Positions 1 to 9,908 of a stretch of 64,000 nucleotides of DNA are shown piece by piece; position 1 is the stretch's first letter, and each line of letters starts with the position of its first letter. Source of the stretch: an uncultured Candidatus Saccharibacteria bacterium (lineage in GTDB: Bacteria > Patescibacteriota > Minisyncoccia > Phycocordibacterales > SBAW01). Position numbers and translations under genes: made by a program. The stretch lies in the NCBI GenBank assembly GCA_964615415.1, contig CAZTNI010000001.1, forward strand, positions 25,290 through 89,289. Direction: 5' to 3'. Below the pieces are notes generated by a model. The model was not told the origin of the DNA and searched no databases. It saw only the letters and a program-made list of their open reading frames with translations.

Positions 1-1938
1 TGATGCTGGCTGTGAGCCTGCAGTTACAGAAAGTGAGCCAGCCTTCACCGTCATGGTGTTCATGTCGAACGTACCAGTTGAGATGGTGATGCTGTTACCT
101 GAAGTCTGACCAACTGGTGATGACCAGCTAGACGGAACGGTAGTAGCGTAGATCGTTGCGTTGTTTGAAGCAGTAGATGGGAGCTTACCCTTGATGGTGT
201 AAACCTTGCGACCTACTGGGAAGGTAACTGAGTCAGTGAAGGTTGCAGTCATAACACCTGATGACCAAGTGGTATCAACTGGACCTGCAACAACTGCACC
301 ATTCGAGTCAACAATAGTAACTGAAGTCAAAAGACCAGTTGCTGCTGTTGAAGTTGAGAAGGTAACAGTCATGCCTGAAACAGCAACTGCCTCACCTGCG
401 AAGTTAGTTGCGAAACCGCCGAGAGGCTGGTTAGCAACACCCGGAGCGATGTTCTGAGAAGCAACCTCCGTAGCCTTGCCGATAAGAGTTACTGTACCTG
501 GGTTGATGGTAACAGTGTACGCATCATACCAAGGAGTGTACGTACCTGATGGAGCTACACCATAGTTGTAGGTCTGACCAACAAAGTATACATCTGTAAC
601 TTTGTCGATATCAAACGCAACAGTGCGTGATGCGCTGTTTGAACCAGTGAGGTCACCCTGTACGTATACGTCAACTGAGTTGCCCTTGAGGATTGTTACA
701 CCGCCTGGGAACGTAGTTGTGTAGTAACGACCTGTTGCATCGATAGTTGCAGGATATGCAGTACCGTTTACATAGGTCATGATGTTGCTGATGTCAGCTG
801 CTGAAGCTGTACCAACCTGGCGCCAGCGGATGCTGAAGAGCTTAAGATCCTCTGCTGATCCTGCTGTGAAGCGGATACCAGAGAAGCGGACAGCTGTGTC
901 ACCGAGGTTCTTGTTCGTGTTTGCACCTGGGTCATACGAAGATGACGTAGTAGAAACTGAACCAAGAGACAACGTTGTGTTGATCGTGTGAGATGCGCCT
1001 GTGATCGGGAGAGAGCCTGCTACCGGGACAGTTGCAGCTACTGCAACAACCTGGAGAGAAACAATCTGGCCCGAAACGTTTGAAGCTGATGCAATGTTAC
1101 CTGCAACAGTGAGAGTCTTAGTCTCGCCAGGGTTGATGGTGAATGAATCACCGATCGTTGCCTGGTGGTTACTGTTGAGAGTCTTTGCAGTACCGAGCTG
1201 AACGCTGTTTGCTGCATCGATGAGCACAATGCCACCGAAGTTTGAGTCAACGCCGAGACCTGTGCGTTCAACTGTAATACCGTTAACCGTTGCTACGCTG
1301 CCAGAATTATTCTTGAGCGTAATAGTGGTGAACGGAACGCGTGCTGCACCCTGTGGTGCAAGAGCGTTAGCAGGCTGTGCACCTGCCATAACAGTGATAC
1401 CAGGACCAGTTACAACTGGGCCAGTAGAACCACCACCGCAGACAAGGGCTGCCTGAGCGCGGCTCTTAGCACCGAAGTAACCAGCGACCGGGGTAAGACC
1501 GTACTTGGTCTGGAACTTCATAACTGCGGCCTTTGTTGCAGGACCGAAGGTTGAAGTCTCGTTACCAGGAGAACCTGCACCAGTTGCTGCAACCATAGTT
1601 GCTGCATCACCGTTGAGGAACTTCTGGAGCGCCATTACATCTGCACCCGTAGAACCCTGTTGAAGGTCGCGAGTGTAGGTGTAGCACGTACCGCCAGTAG
1701 ACGGAGTTGAAGGATTGCCTGAAGTAGGCTGACCGCGGAGCGATGCGTTGACGTTGTTGATCGTCGTCTGATCAGCTCCGAACGATGAGAGGAGAGAAAG
1801 GATCGATGAGATCTGGCTCTCCGTCAAAGCCGCGCGAGCTGGTGCTGCAAAGCTGCCGAAGGCAACTGAAGCAACCAACGCTGCGCCGACCGCCAATGCG
1901 ATGAGGCGCGTAGAACTGTTAGTAAGGCTGATATTCAT
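1..1938 (-). CDS. secreted surface protein with N-terminal peptidoglycan-binding (PG_binding_1-like) domain followed by a long Thr/Ser/Gly-rich beta-rich region; partial, the 3' end runs off the window start
   Basis: ATG complement at 1936-1938. Hand translation of the complement strand is uninterrupted to position 1. It gives MNISLTNSSTRLIALAVGAALVASVAFGSFAAPARA (signal peptide), then GSTGADVMALQKFLNGD...FGPATKAAVMKFQTKYGL (PG-binding signature). It is absent from the ORF track because there is no stop inside the window. Confidence 0.7.
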   Translation of the reverse strand, partial: MNISLTNSSTRLIALAVGAALVASVAFGSFAAPARAALTESQISSILSLLSSFGADQTTINNVNASLRGQPTSGNPSTPSTGGTCYTYTRDLQQGSTGADVMALQKFLNGDAATMVAATGAGSPGNETSTFGPATKAAVMKFQTKYGLTPVAGYFGAKSRAQAALVCGGGSTGPVVTGPGITVMAGAQPANALAPQGAARVPFTTITLKNNSGSVATVNGITVERTGLGVDSNFGGIVLIDAANSVQLGTAKTLNSNHQATIGDSFTINPGETKTLTVAGNIASASNVSGQIVSLQVVAVAATVPVAGSLPITGASHTINTTLSLGSVSTTSSSYDPGANTNKNLGDTAVRFSGIRFTAGSAEDLKLFSIRWRQVGTASAADISNIMTYVNGTAYPATIDATGRYYTTTFPGGVTILKGNSVDVYVQGDLTGSNSASRTVAFDIDKVTDVYFVGQTYNYGVAPSGTYTPWYDAYTVTINPGTVTLIGKATEVASQNIAPGVANQPLGGFATNFAGEAVAVSGMTVTFSTSTAATGLLTSVTIVDSNGAVVAGPVDTTWSSGVMTATFTDSVTFPVGRKVYTIKGKLPSTASNNATIYATTVPSSWSSPVGQTSGNSITISTGTFDMNTMTVKAGSLSVTAGSQPAS

Positions 1939-2443
1939 AATTAACTAATTCGAACTTCTAATAATTACTTGTAATCACTTATAAAGCGAACAATTCTACC
2001 TGCCTTCAAACCCCCCGCATCGCTCCTATTAAAGGAGGGGGAGGCACGAAGTGTTTGGTAGCAAAAATAGGATGTGGAATTTCTGTCGTGCAATCGTAAC
2101 GGGACAAGGTAATTTCTGGAGAACACAAATACTGACGCTCTAAGCAATAATTGCTTACAACGTCTTCATGTAACATTTCGCGAACGCATCGCGTATTAAA
2201 TTGTCAACGAACCATCATGCAGACTTCACACCATCTTTACAGATATGCGGAATGACAGCCACTCGCACCATTATATAGGGCGCGTGAAGGTGCCTGCAAA
2301 AAAGCCGTGTGGATAAACACTTTCGTGCTCATCTGACGAGCGGTCGACAAGAACGGTAATAAGCCCCCAGAGGGGCCGTTTCGTCGTTGTTTTCCGCCCA
2401 CAGAACATACACTAATTGGGCGCTAGAGTCAATCAATACACTC

Positions 2444-3184
2444 CTAGGCAGTGGGGGTGGCAAAATAGAGACTCCAGCGACGTTCACCCTCTCGCCGTAC
2501 AAGACCCTTATCTATAAGGCTTCCGAGCTCCCGCTGGACCGTTTTAGGGCTACAATTGCGCACCACAGCCGTTATGTCCTTTATGGAAACACCGTTGTTT
2601 TTCCTGACTATTTCGAGTATTAAGGACGTTCGTTCTCCTGGCTCTTCTGGAGTGGCCGGAGTAGGCTTTTCTTTCTTAGAAAAGTGTCCTTTTTGAGTGT
2701 CTTTAACAGTAACTGGCACACCCGACAAAGACTCAAACTCTGAGTGTATGGTCGGCGCTGCAGACTGGAGGTACAGGCTCTCCGGAACTGCAAAATCTTC
2801 AACCGATATAAACGGCGATGGGTGGCTACGTCCTGTTATCTTAGCCACCAACTGCTCATATTCGTTAATTAAAATAAGGCCAGTTTCTTTTCCTATAAGC
2901 CCTCGAGTGCCGAGGAGCCGCAACAGTGACAACAGTGCAAATAGCTCTCCCAAGAGCACCTGTACCGATACGCTTCCTGCCACCATGCGCACTATAAGAG
3001 AAGGAAGGGAAGAGGAGAGGGAAGTCAGAGCCTTAAAGTCAGAGTCGTCTGACGTATCAGACTTTTGCACCAACATTATAAGGACATGCGCAATTTTTTC
3101 TGACTTCAAATAGCAAAAGTACCAGTCGCTTTGACCTTTAAAAAGATCTGAATTTAATGCTGTTTTATGAAAGTCATTTTTCAT
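2444..3184 (-). CDS. hypothetical protein with hydrophobic segment and C-terminal winged helix-turn-helix DNA-binding domain (putative transcription regulator)
   Basis: 246-aa ORF. C-terminal LILEIVRKNNGVSIKDITAVVRNCSPKTVQRELGSLIDKGLVRREGERRWSLY is a typical wHTH. Phased TGTCCT repeats lie upstream. Confidence 0.5.
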   Translation of the reverse strand: MKNDFHKTALNSDLFKGQSDWYFCYLKSEKIAHVLIMLVQKSDTSDDSDFKALTSLSSSLPSLIVRMVAGSVSVQVLLGELFALLSLLRLLGTRGLIGKETGLILINEYEQLVAKITGRSHPSPFISVEDFAVPESLYLQSAAPTIHSEFESLSGVPVTVKDTQKGHFSKKEKPTPATPEEPGERTSLILEIVRKNNGVSIKDITAVVRNCSPKTVQRELGSLIDKGLVRREGERRWSLYFATPTA

Positions 3185-3196
3185 GCCGAGATTTTA

Positions 3197-3262
3197 TGTC
3201 CTATACCCTGTCCTATCTAATGTCCTTTAAAAAGTTATCCACAATCAAGGACATCTGTGTCT
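3197..3262. promoter_or_regulatory. candidate operator: three direct TGTCCTWT repeats at exact 12-nt phasing plus one inverted copy, in the divergent promoter region between the wHTH gene and ftsK
   Basis: tgtcctata at 3197-3205, tgtcctatc at 3209-3217 and tgtccttta at 3221-3229. Inverted aggaca at 3248-3253. Confidence 0.35.
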
Positions 3263-3315
3263 TTAATCGTAGCTCTCGTTTCCTTTAAGCGCAATCTAGA
3301 AAGAGCCGTGATACT

Positions 3316-5559
3316 ATGGTGTGCATGGCGCGCAAGAGTAGTAAACGAGAAAGTCGGTTTAATCCCCTTGCCTCTCTCCCTACCGACACAAAAAAATCCG
3401 TTATTGTTGTGCTCTTCATTATTGTTGGCATGTTCTTAACCCTCGCCGCGTTTGGATACGCTGGCGTTGTTGGTACTGATGCGTACCAGTTCTTTGTGTA
3501 TCTATTAGGGGTTGGTTACTTCCTCCTCCCTCTCCTCTTTTTCCTTCTTGCAGGTAACATGTTCCGAGCCGAGGATTCTGCCTCAGGCCTTTCCCCTTTC
3601 AAAATTATCGCGAGCGCTGTGTTTATTTTTGCCGGCTTGGGCTTTGTAACTATTGTGAGTGGAGACGGTGGCCTCGTAGGGTCTTCTATTGCTGACCCGT
3701 TGGTTGAATTGTTCGACATGTACGTCGCCATGATCGCTTTAGGAGGAGTATCTCTTATTTCACTCCTTATACTGCTTGAGGGGCGCATCTCACTAGAGCC
3801 GTTTGCATTTTTCAAACACCTCATCACCTTCCCTGCGCAACTATATAGAAAGCTCTTTAAGCGCTCTGACGCAGGAGAAGATACGGAACTACTTGTAAAC
3901 GGTGCGCCTATAGAAGACGAAGAGGAGGGGGCGCAAGACGAGGAGCCTCAAACGTACACCAAACAGGCTCCCGAACCTGCCAAGGCTCAAAAAGCTGCCG
4001 AGGCGCAACCAGCACAGACTGGCGGCGGACTCTTCTCTACTCTTGAAGGGTTGCTTGGAGAATACACACCCCCGCCACTTTCTTTGCTTGAGAGAGACAA
4101 GGGCCGCCCAGGCGTGGGAGACATAAAAGCAAACGCAAATATCATTAAGCGCACGCTCGCTAACTTCGGTATTGTTGTAGAGCTCGACGAGATTTCTATA
4201 GGACCGTCAGTTACCCGCTACGCGATTAAACCCGCAGAAGGAGTTCGCCTTTCAAAGATTGTTGCTCTGCAACAAAACTTAGCGCTTGCGCTTGCAGCAA
4301 AGGGCGGTATCCGTATCGAAGCTCCAATTCCAGGCAAATCGCTCGTCGGTATTGAAGTGCCAAACACCGCAAAAGTGACTGTAGGCCTTGGTACCTTGCT
4401 CGACTCGAAAGATTTTTCTGATTCACCGAAACCACTTCTTGTGGCGCTTGGGCGCGATATTACCGGCAACTCAATCTTTTCAAATATCGCGAAGATGCCG
4501 CACGCGCTTGTTGCAGGTGCAACAGGCTCAGGCAAGTCGGTAACGATCCACGCCATAATTAACTCGCTCCTGTTCCGCTGCGGTCCACAACAGCTCCGCT
4601 TCCTCATGATCGACCCAAAGCGTGTTGAATTGACGCTCTACAACGCAATCCCACACCAACTCACTCCTGTAATTACTGATCCTAAGAAAGCTATTGCTGC
4701 TTTGCGCTGGGCCGGCAAGGAAATGGATCGTCGCTACAATATCTTGCAAGAAAATCGCGTTCGCGACATTGGGTCATATCACGAAAACATTCTTGCACCC
4801 GCGCTTGAAAAACTCCGCAAGAAAGGCGCACCAGATGAAGGTGAAACTGTGCCGGAAGCAATGCCATACATTGTCATTATTATCGATGAGTTGGCGGATA
4901 TTATGCAGACCTTCCCTCGCGAACTTGAAGCAGCGATCGTGCGCCTTGCACAGATGAGCCGTGCGGTCGGTATACATCTTGTCCTTTCAACACAGCGTCC
5001 GTCTGTAAATGTTATTACCGGTCTTATTAAAGCCAACGTTCCAACACGCGTTGCGCTGCAAGTAGCTTCACAAATAGACTCCCGCACTATCCTTGACCAG
5101 GGCGGCGCAGAAAGCCTGCTCGGCGCGGGCGACATGCTCTACCTTTCTACCGACATGAATAAACCGACGCGCTTGCAAAGCGCATTCATTAGCGAAAACG
5201 AGGTTAAAAAAGTTGTCGACTTTATTACAGAAAACAACGAAGCGGAGTTGCCTATCGATATCGGCGCGACACAAAGCAGCTCAGGTGGTAGCAGTGGTGG
5301 CGGATTCGATAGTGAAGGTGGTGACGATGTTGATGATGATATGTATGAAGCAGCGCGTGCTGCGGTGATTGAAGCTGGCAAAGCTTCTACGTCGTATATC
5401 CAGCGCAAACTCCGTGTAGGATACGCTCGCGCTGCGCGCCTTATGGATATTCTTGAGGAACGAGGTGTAATTGGTCCTGCAGACGGCGCAAAACCACGTG
5501 AGGTGCTCGACAAAGGCGGCACGGCTCCTGCCGAAGCAGGCCAATCCGGCGAACTATGA
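3316..5559 (+). CDS. ftsK: DNA translocase FtsK/SpoIIIE
   Basis: N-terminal TM helices. Walker A GATGSGKSV and Walker B IVIIIDELAD. C-terminal winged-helix gamma domain SYIQRKLRVGYARAARLMDILEERGVIGP. Confidence 0.9.
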   Translation: MVCMARKSSKRESRFNPLASLPTDTKKSVIVVLFIIVGMFLTLAAFGYAGVVGTDAYQFFVYLLGVGYFLLPLLFFLLAGNMFRAEDSASGLSPFKIIASAVFIFAGLGFVTIVSGDGGLVGSSIADPLVELFDMYVAMIALGGVSLISLLILLEGRISLEPFAFFKHLITFPAQLYRKLFKRSDAGEDTELLVNGAPIEDEEEGAQDEEPQTYTKQAPEPAKAQKAAEAQPAQTGGGLFSTLEGLLGEYTPPPLSLLERDKGRPGVGDIKANANIIKRTLANFGIVVELDEISIGPSVTRYAIKPAEGVRLSKIVALQQNLALALAAKGGIRIEAPIPGKSLVGIEVPNTAKVTVGLGTLLDSKDFSDSPKPLLVALGRDITGNSIFSNIAKMPHALVAGATGSGKSVTIHAIINSLLFRCGPQQLRFLMIDPKRVELTLYNAIPHQLTPVITDPKKAIAALRWAGKEMDRRYNILQENRVRDIGSYHENILAPALEKLRKKGAPDEGETVPEAMPYIVIIIDELADIMQTFPRELEAAIVRLAQMSRAVGIHLVLSTQRPSVNVITGLIKANVPTRVALQVASQIDSRTILDQGGAESLLGAGDMLYLSTDMNKPTRLQSAFISENEVKKVVDFITENNEAELPIDIGATQSSSGGSSGGGFDSEGGDDVDDDMYEAARAAVIEAGKASTSYIQRKLRVGYARAARLMDILEERGVIGPADGAKPREVLDKGGTAPAEAGQSGEL

Positions 5560-5933
5560 GAACCACGCCCACGCTGCGACGCGCACTCTTTGGTATAGGC
5601 AGTGTTTTCCTTGTTGTTGGTATCGTCGGGTACGGTTTCTTTGAAGCGCGGAGACTTGTGCAAGGTCCGATAATCACTATACTTGCCCCAGTGGACGGAA
5701 GCGCCACTTCTTCCCCCACCGTCACTATTTCAGGTATCGCAGAAAACGTTTCGTTCTTAAGCATCAACGATCGCGCAATTTTAACTGACGAGCAGGGCCA
5801 TTTTTTAGAACACATTGCCCTGCCTCAAGGAGTGTCCGTGCTTTCTGTCGCAGCAAAAGATCGGTTTGGTCGCAGTACTTCACGTCTGATCCACATTACT
5901 ATCGTAACCTACTGTCCATTGGGCTCGGCATAA
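5556..5933 (+). CDS. hypothetical membrane-anchored protein
   Basis: 125-aa ORF overlapping the ftsK stop by 4 nt (ATGA). Single N-terminal TM ([16 protein letters not shown]). Confidence 0.45.
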   Translation: MRTTPTLRRALFGIGSVFLVVGIVGYGFFEARRLVQGPIITILAPVDGSATSSPTVTISGIAENVSFLSINDRAILTDEQGHFLEHIALPQGVSVLSVAAKDRFGRSTSRLIHITIVTYCPLGSA

Positions 5934-5952
5934 ACAGCTCACCTACACATAT

Positions 5953-7035
5953 ATGGCAAAATTTGGCAAAGATAAGGAAAAGAAAGCTCCTCGCAGCGAA
6001 CGAGACAACAGCTCAATTGAAGCAGCTATCCGCGAGATCCAGACCAAGTTCGGTGACGAAGCGATTATGAAGCTAGGTGACGCTCCAAAGGTGGACGTCG
6101 ATGTTATTCCTTCAGGCTCTATTGGTCTCGACTGGGCACTTGGCATTGGTGGCTACCCTCGCGGCCGCATTATCGAAATTTTTGGTCCAGAATCATCAGG
6201 CAAGACTACCCTCACCCTGCACGCCATCGCTGAGGCTCAGAAAAAAGGCGGCGTATGCGCATTTATCGACGCAGAACATGCGCTCGACCCAGACTATGCA
6301 CAAAAAATTGGCGTAAACATCAACAACCTCCTTGTGTCACAGCCAGATACAGGCGAACAAGCACTCGAGATCGTTGAGTCGCTCGTACGCTCCGGCAAAC
6401 TCGACATTATTGTTGTCGACTCCGTAGCTGCTCTTACACCGAAAGACGAGATTGAGGGCGAAATGGGCCAAAGCCATGTAGGTAAACAGGCTCGCCTCAT
6501 GTCTCAAGCACTTCGCAAGTTGACCGGTATCGTCTCGCGCTCAAAGACGGTAGTTATTTTCATCAACCAGATCCGCATGCAGATCGGCGTTATGTTTGGC
6601 AACCCAGAAACAACACCGGGCGGCAAGGCACTGAAGTTCTATACCTCAGTACGCCTTGATATCCGCCGCATTGCACAGATTAAAAAAGGTGAAGAAGTCG
6701 TTGGCGGACGCCACCGCGTAAAGGTTGTTAAAAACAAAGTTGCGGCTCCCTTCCGCACCACTGAATTTGACCTCATGTACAACGAGGGTATCTCAACCGA
6801 AGGCGAACTGCTTGCACTTGGCGAACGCCTTGGCGCAATACAGAAAAGCGGCTCTTCGTACAGCTTTGGCGAAGAAAAACTCGGCCGTGGCTACGACGCA
6901 GCACGCACATACCTTCGAGAAAATAAAAAGGTGTCTAACGACCTCCTGAAAGCAATCAGAAAAGGTCTTGAGGAAAACGCCTCAAGCGGTAGCAACGCGG
7001 GTAGTGGTGAAGGATCGAGCGACTCGGACGAATAG
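5953..7035 (+). CDS. recA: recombinase RecA
   Basis: [39 protein letters not shown] and the downstream RecA core are conserved. Acidic C-terminal tail. Confidence 0.95.
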   Translation: MAKFGKDKEKKAPRSERDNSSIEAAIREIQTKFGDEAIMKLGDAPKVDVDVIPSGSIGLDWALGIGGYPRGRIIEIFGPESSGKTTLTLHAIAEAQKKGGVCAFIDAEHALDPDYAQKIGVNINNLLVSQPDTGEQALEIVESLVRSGKLDIIVVDSVAALTPKDEIEGEMGQSHVGKQARLMSQALRKLTGIVSRSKTVVIFINQIRMQIGVMFGNPETTPGGKALKFYTSVRLDIRRIAQIKKGEEVVGGRHRVKVVKNKVAAPFRTTEFDLMYNEGISTEGELLALGERLGAIQKSGSSYSFGEEKLGRGYDAARTYLRENKKVSNDLLKAIRKGLEENASSGSNAGSGEGSSDSDE

Positions 7036-7308
7036 AGAAAGCAGCGCAGCGCCTCCCACAAGTAGCCACACTTGCACCACAAGTGTGGTACTTACTATCG
7101 CAGAAACCACAAAGGTGGCGACCCCTGTCATGCCCCCATTAGTCACCGCAAGAAAGTTTTGCGCTACGTTTGGCACTGACACAAACGTACTAATGCCAAT
7201 TATCGACGCAACAAGTGCGTAGCACTGCAGCGCGAACGGGTTCGTAAGTTTACGTACGGTATATATAAGCCCGACAGAGGCCATTACTTTTTTCTCGAGA
7301 GTGGTCAT
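6982..7308 (-). CDS. putative anti-sigma factor (small multi-TM membrane protein) translationally coupled to the ECF sigma factor
   Basis: Its start ATG overlaps the stop of the upstream sigma gene (ATGA at 7305-7308). 108 aa with hydrophobic helices. Its 3' end overlaps the recA 3' end by 54 nt (convergent). Confidence 0.4.
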   Translation of the reverse strand: MTTLEKKVMASVGLIYTVRKLTNPFALQCYALVASIIGISTFVSVPNVAQNFLAVTNGGMTGVATFVVSAIVSTTLVVQVWLLVGGAALLSLFVRVARSFTTTRVATA

Positions 7309-7910
7309 GGTGTGTTGTTGATGGAATTATAAACCCGTTTGAATTCTTGTTTTGCTCGATGTACACGTGTCTTGATGGCCCCCACAGACACTCCTTCAGT
7401 AGCGGCTATTTCTTCCTGCGACTTCCCTTCTATAAAAAAGGCTGCGAGCGCGTTTGCAAACATGTCAGGCATTCGTTTCAATACTGAGGCAACTACGTCT
7501 GAAAGTTCTTTCTTGCCAAACTGCTCAACACTCTTGTCCGGAATCAGTTCCAAAATTTCTGGCTCAAGGTCGGCACGCACTCCCCGCTCCCTCTTCCCTT
7601 TCATGTAGTGCGTAAGCGCCGTGTTAACCAAGATGCGATACCCCCAGGACGAGAATGTAGCCCCCTCCACCTTCTTAAACTTCTTTGCATTAAGGTAAAT
7701 CTTGGTGAAAGCTTCTTGGACCACGTCTTCAGCCTCTTCTTTACCACGCACAATGCTGAGTGCTTTGCGCAAGAAAGGCGCTTCATACTTGCGTACGAGA
7801 TGTACAAAGAGCGAAGGATGCGTAACTGAAGCCGCCAGCAACTCTTCGTCGCTATATGCCCCAATATCCTCGTCTTCTAGATACTTCCCCATGGTTACAG
7901 GATATATCAT
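7305..7910 (-). CDS. RNA polymerase sigma factor, ECF (sigma-70 region 2/4) family
   Basis: 201 aa. Region 2-like ...DVVQEAFTKIYLNAKKF.. and region 4 HTH ..SQEEIAATEGVSVGAIKTRVHRAKQEF.. Confidence 0.8.
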   Translation of the reverse strand: MIYPVTMGKYLEDEDIGAYSDEELLAASVTHPSLFVHLVRKYEAPFLRKALSIVRGKEEAEDVVQEAFTKIYLNAKKFKKVEGATFSSWGYRILVNTALTHYMKGKRERGVRADLEPEILELIPDKSVEQFGKKELSDVVASVLKRMPDMFANALAAFFIEGKSQEEIAATEGVSVGAIKTRVHRAKQEFKRVYNSINNTP

Positions 7911-8001
7911 AGGCTACTCCTTACAACTCTTGTGGATGGAAGAAGTTTCAAGTACACTGCCAGTATTGCCCGCCAGAACCGGCGGATTTTAATTTAAAAA
8001 T

Positions 8002-8571
8002 ATGTTGGAATATAACGAAATTCTCCCTAAAAAGGTTATTTTACTCGACGGCGAACCGTACGAAGTGCTTGACGCACACGTCTTCCGCAAGCAGCAGCGC
8101 AAGCCGGTTAACCAGACCAAGCTTCGCCACCTTATTACCGGCAAGGTAACTGAACAGGCGTTCCATGTATCTGAAAAGGTTGAAGAGGCTGAACTCTCGA
8201 GCAAGGAGGTAAAGTACCTCTTTACCAACCGCGGCGAGTTCTGGTTCTGCGACCCAAGCAATCCTGCAGATCGCTTTAAGCTCGACGCTGCAGTAATCGG
8301 TTCACAGTCTGCGTTCATGAAAGTAAACTCAACAGCCGAGGCGATTATCTTTGATGAAAAAATTATCGGCTTACGTATGCCTATTAAGGTTGATCTTGTT
8401 GTAAAAGAAGCTCCTCCTGCGGTACGCGGCAACACCGCACAAGGCGGCACCAAGCAGATTGTGCTTGAAACAGGCGCCACAGTGAACGCTCCCCTCTTCG
8501 TAAACGAAGGAGATATTGTACGCATCAACACACAAGAAGGAGTCTACGTTGAGCGCGTCGACAAGAAGTAA
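8002..8571 (+). CDS. efp: elongation factor P
   Basis: 189 aa. KVILLDGEPYEVLDAHVFRKQQRKPVNQTKLRHLITGKV is a typical EF-P N-terminal KOW domain. Confidence 0.9.
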   Translation: MLEYNEILPKKVILLDGEPYEVLDAHVFRKQQRKPVNQTKLRHLITGKVTEQAFHVSEKVEEAELSSKEVKYLFTNRGEFWFCDPSNPADRFKLDAAVIGSQSAFMKVNSTAEAIIFDEKIIGLRMPIKVDLVVKEAPPAVRGNTAQGGTKQIVLETGATVNAPLFVNEGDIVRINTQEGVYVERVDKK

Positions 8572-8579
8572 CAAGGGCA

Positions 8580-8649
8580 CAAACTAAAAATACCCCTGTG
8601 CTCCGGAGAGATATACCTCACTCCTGCACACAGGGGTATTTTTAGTTTG
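8580..8649. terminator. bidirectional terminator-like hairpin (21-bp perfect stem) with a conserved 28-nt loop; copy 1 of a repeated structured element
   Basis: caaactaaaaatacccctgtg [ctccggagagatatacctcactcctgca] cacaggggtatttttagtttg. Lies between convergent efp and rpsR. The loop is 24/28 identical to the loop at 30830-30857. Confidence 0.6.
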
Positions 8650-8660
8650 CGAGTACGCTA

Positions 8661-8852
8661 CTAGCGAACGATAAACGGCATGAGCGCCATGAAGCGTGCG
8701 CGTTTAATCGCCTGAGAAAGTTCACGCTGTGCTGCCGCAGTAAGACCAGTGCGGCGACGTGGCATGATTTTGCCATGTGGATTAACGAACTTCTTCAAAG
8801 TCTCGATGTCTTTGTAATCAATATGTTGGATTTGTGTGTATTCTTTTTGCAT
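8661..8852 (-). CDS. rpsR: 30S ribosomal protein S18
   Basis: 63 aa. [29 protein letters not shown]. Confidence 0.9.
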   Translation of the reverse strand: MQKEYTQIQHIDYKDIETLKKFVNPHGKIMPRRRTGLTAAAQRELSQAIKRARFMALMPFIVR

Positions 8853-8872
8853 AAACGTGTGTTGATGAAACT

Positions 8873-9328
8873 TTAGAACGGAATATCGTCTGGGTTAATG
8901 TCCTCTTCTGGGTAGTCGATCGTGTCTTCTTTAGGAGCTTTCTGTGGAGCTTCTGCGTCGCTTTCGCGATTAAATGAACCTCCTTGAGCGCTACCGCCTC
9001 CGGTACTGCGAGGACCAAACTGTACGCGCTCAGCAATAATTTCAGTGCGGTACTGCTTCCCCTTCTCGCCTTCCCATGAGCGAGTCTGCAAGCGGCCTTC
9101 TACCAACACTGCGCTTCCCTTTTTAAGATACTGCGCAATAATGTCTGCCTGGCGACCAAAGACCACAACATTGTGGAACTCTACTGCCTCTTGCTTCGTG
9201 CCGTCTGCTTTTTTAAAGACCCGATTCGTTGCAACGCTGAAGGACGCTACTTGTCCACCCGACGGAAGTGCTCGGACCTCAGGGTCGCGAGTCAGATTTC
9301 CGTAGATCATTGCCTTGTTGATATACAT
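8873..9328 (-). CDS. ssb: single-stranded DNA-binding protein
   Basis: OB-fold N-terminus ([32 protein letters not shown]), Gly-rich linker, C-terminal DIPF tail. Confidence 0.9.
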   Translation of the reverse strand: MYINKAMIYGNLTRDPEVRALPSGGQVASFSVATNRVFKKADGTKQEAVEFHNVVVFGRQADIIAQYLKKGSAVLVEGRLQTRSWEGEKGKQYRTEIIAERVQFGPRSTGGGSAQGGSFNRESDAEAPQKAPKEDTIDYPEEDINPDDIPF

Positions 9329-9334
9329 GGGGGT

Positions 9335-9862
9335 TTAGGAAACGAGCGCGTCAATACTTTTGTCGAGCTCTTCTTCAGAAACCACTGTCTTTGCTTCTGG
9401 CTCAGCAGCTGGCTTCTTAATGGTTTCGCCTTCAAGGCGGTCAGAGGTAAACACAGCGCGACGTGGCGCAACCGTTACGTCTTCGCGAACCGTCTCGATA
9501 AGGAGATGACGGAAGATTTCGTTCGTATTGCGGAGGTACGACTCGAACGCTGGAATAGACTCCTTCTCAACTGCAAACTTTACCCAACCAAAGTATGATT
9601 CGTTATACTTTTCGCGCTTACCGGTAGCTGCACGCTCAACGGTGTACGCAAGCACAAATTTTTCTGGAGCACCTTCACTAATAATTTCTGCACCACCTTT
9701 AGCGAGTTCAGAACGAAGGCCCTCCACTGCTGAAGCAACTGCTACTTCATCAAGAGTAGGTACGAGATGGTACCCAATCTCGTAGATCGGGCGGCCATCG
9801 GCCTGCTTATTCGCTTGGGTTAAGGAATCCTTAGATTCCTGCGACTTTTCTGCCATGAACAC
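9335..9862 (-). CDS. rpsF: 30S ribosomal protein S6 (with N-terminal extension)
   Basis: YEIGYHLVPTLDE...KFVLAYTVE S6 core. Classical rpsF-ssb-rpsR order. Confidence 0.8.
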   Translation of the reverse strand: MFMAEKSQESKDSLTQANKQADGRPIYEIGYHLVPTLDEVAVASAVEGLRSELAKGGAEIISEGAPEKFVLAYTVERAATGKREKYNESYFGWVKFAVEKESIPAFESYLRNTNEIFRHLLIETVREDVTVAPRRAVFTSDRLEGETIKKPAAEPEAKTVVSEEELDKSIDALVS

Positions 9863-9908
9863 ACCTTATCACACCCCAAGAGACTTGTAAATAAAAAGCG
9901 CTCCGGGG

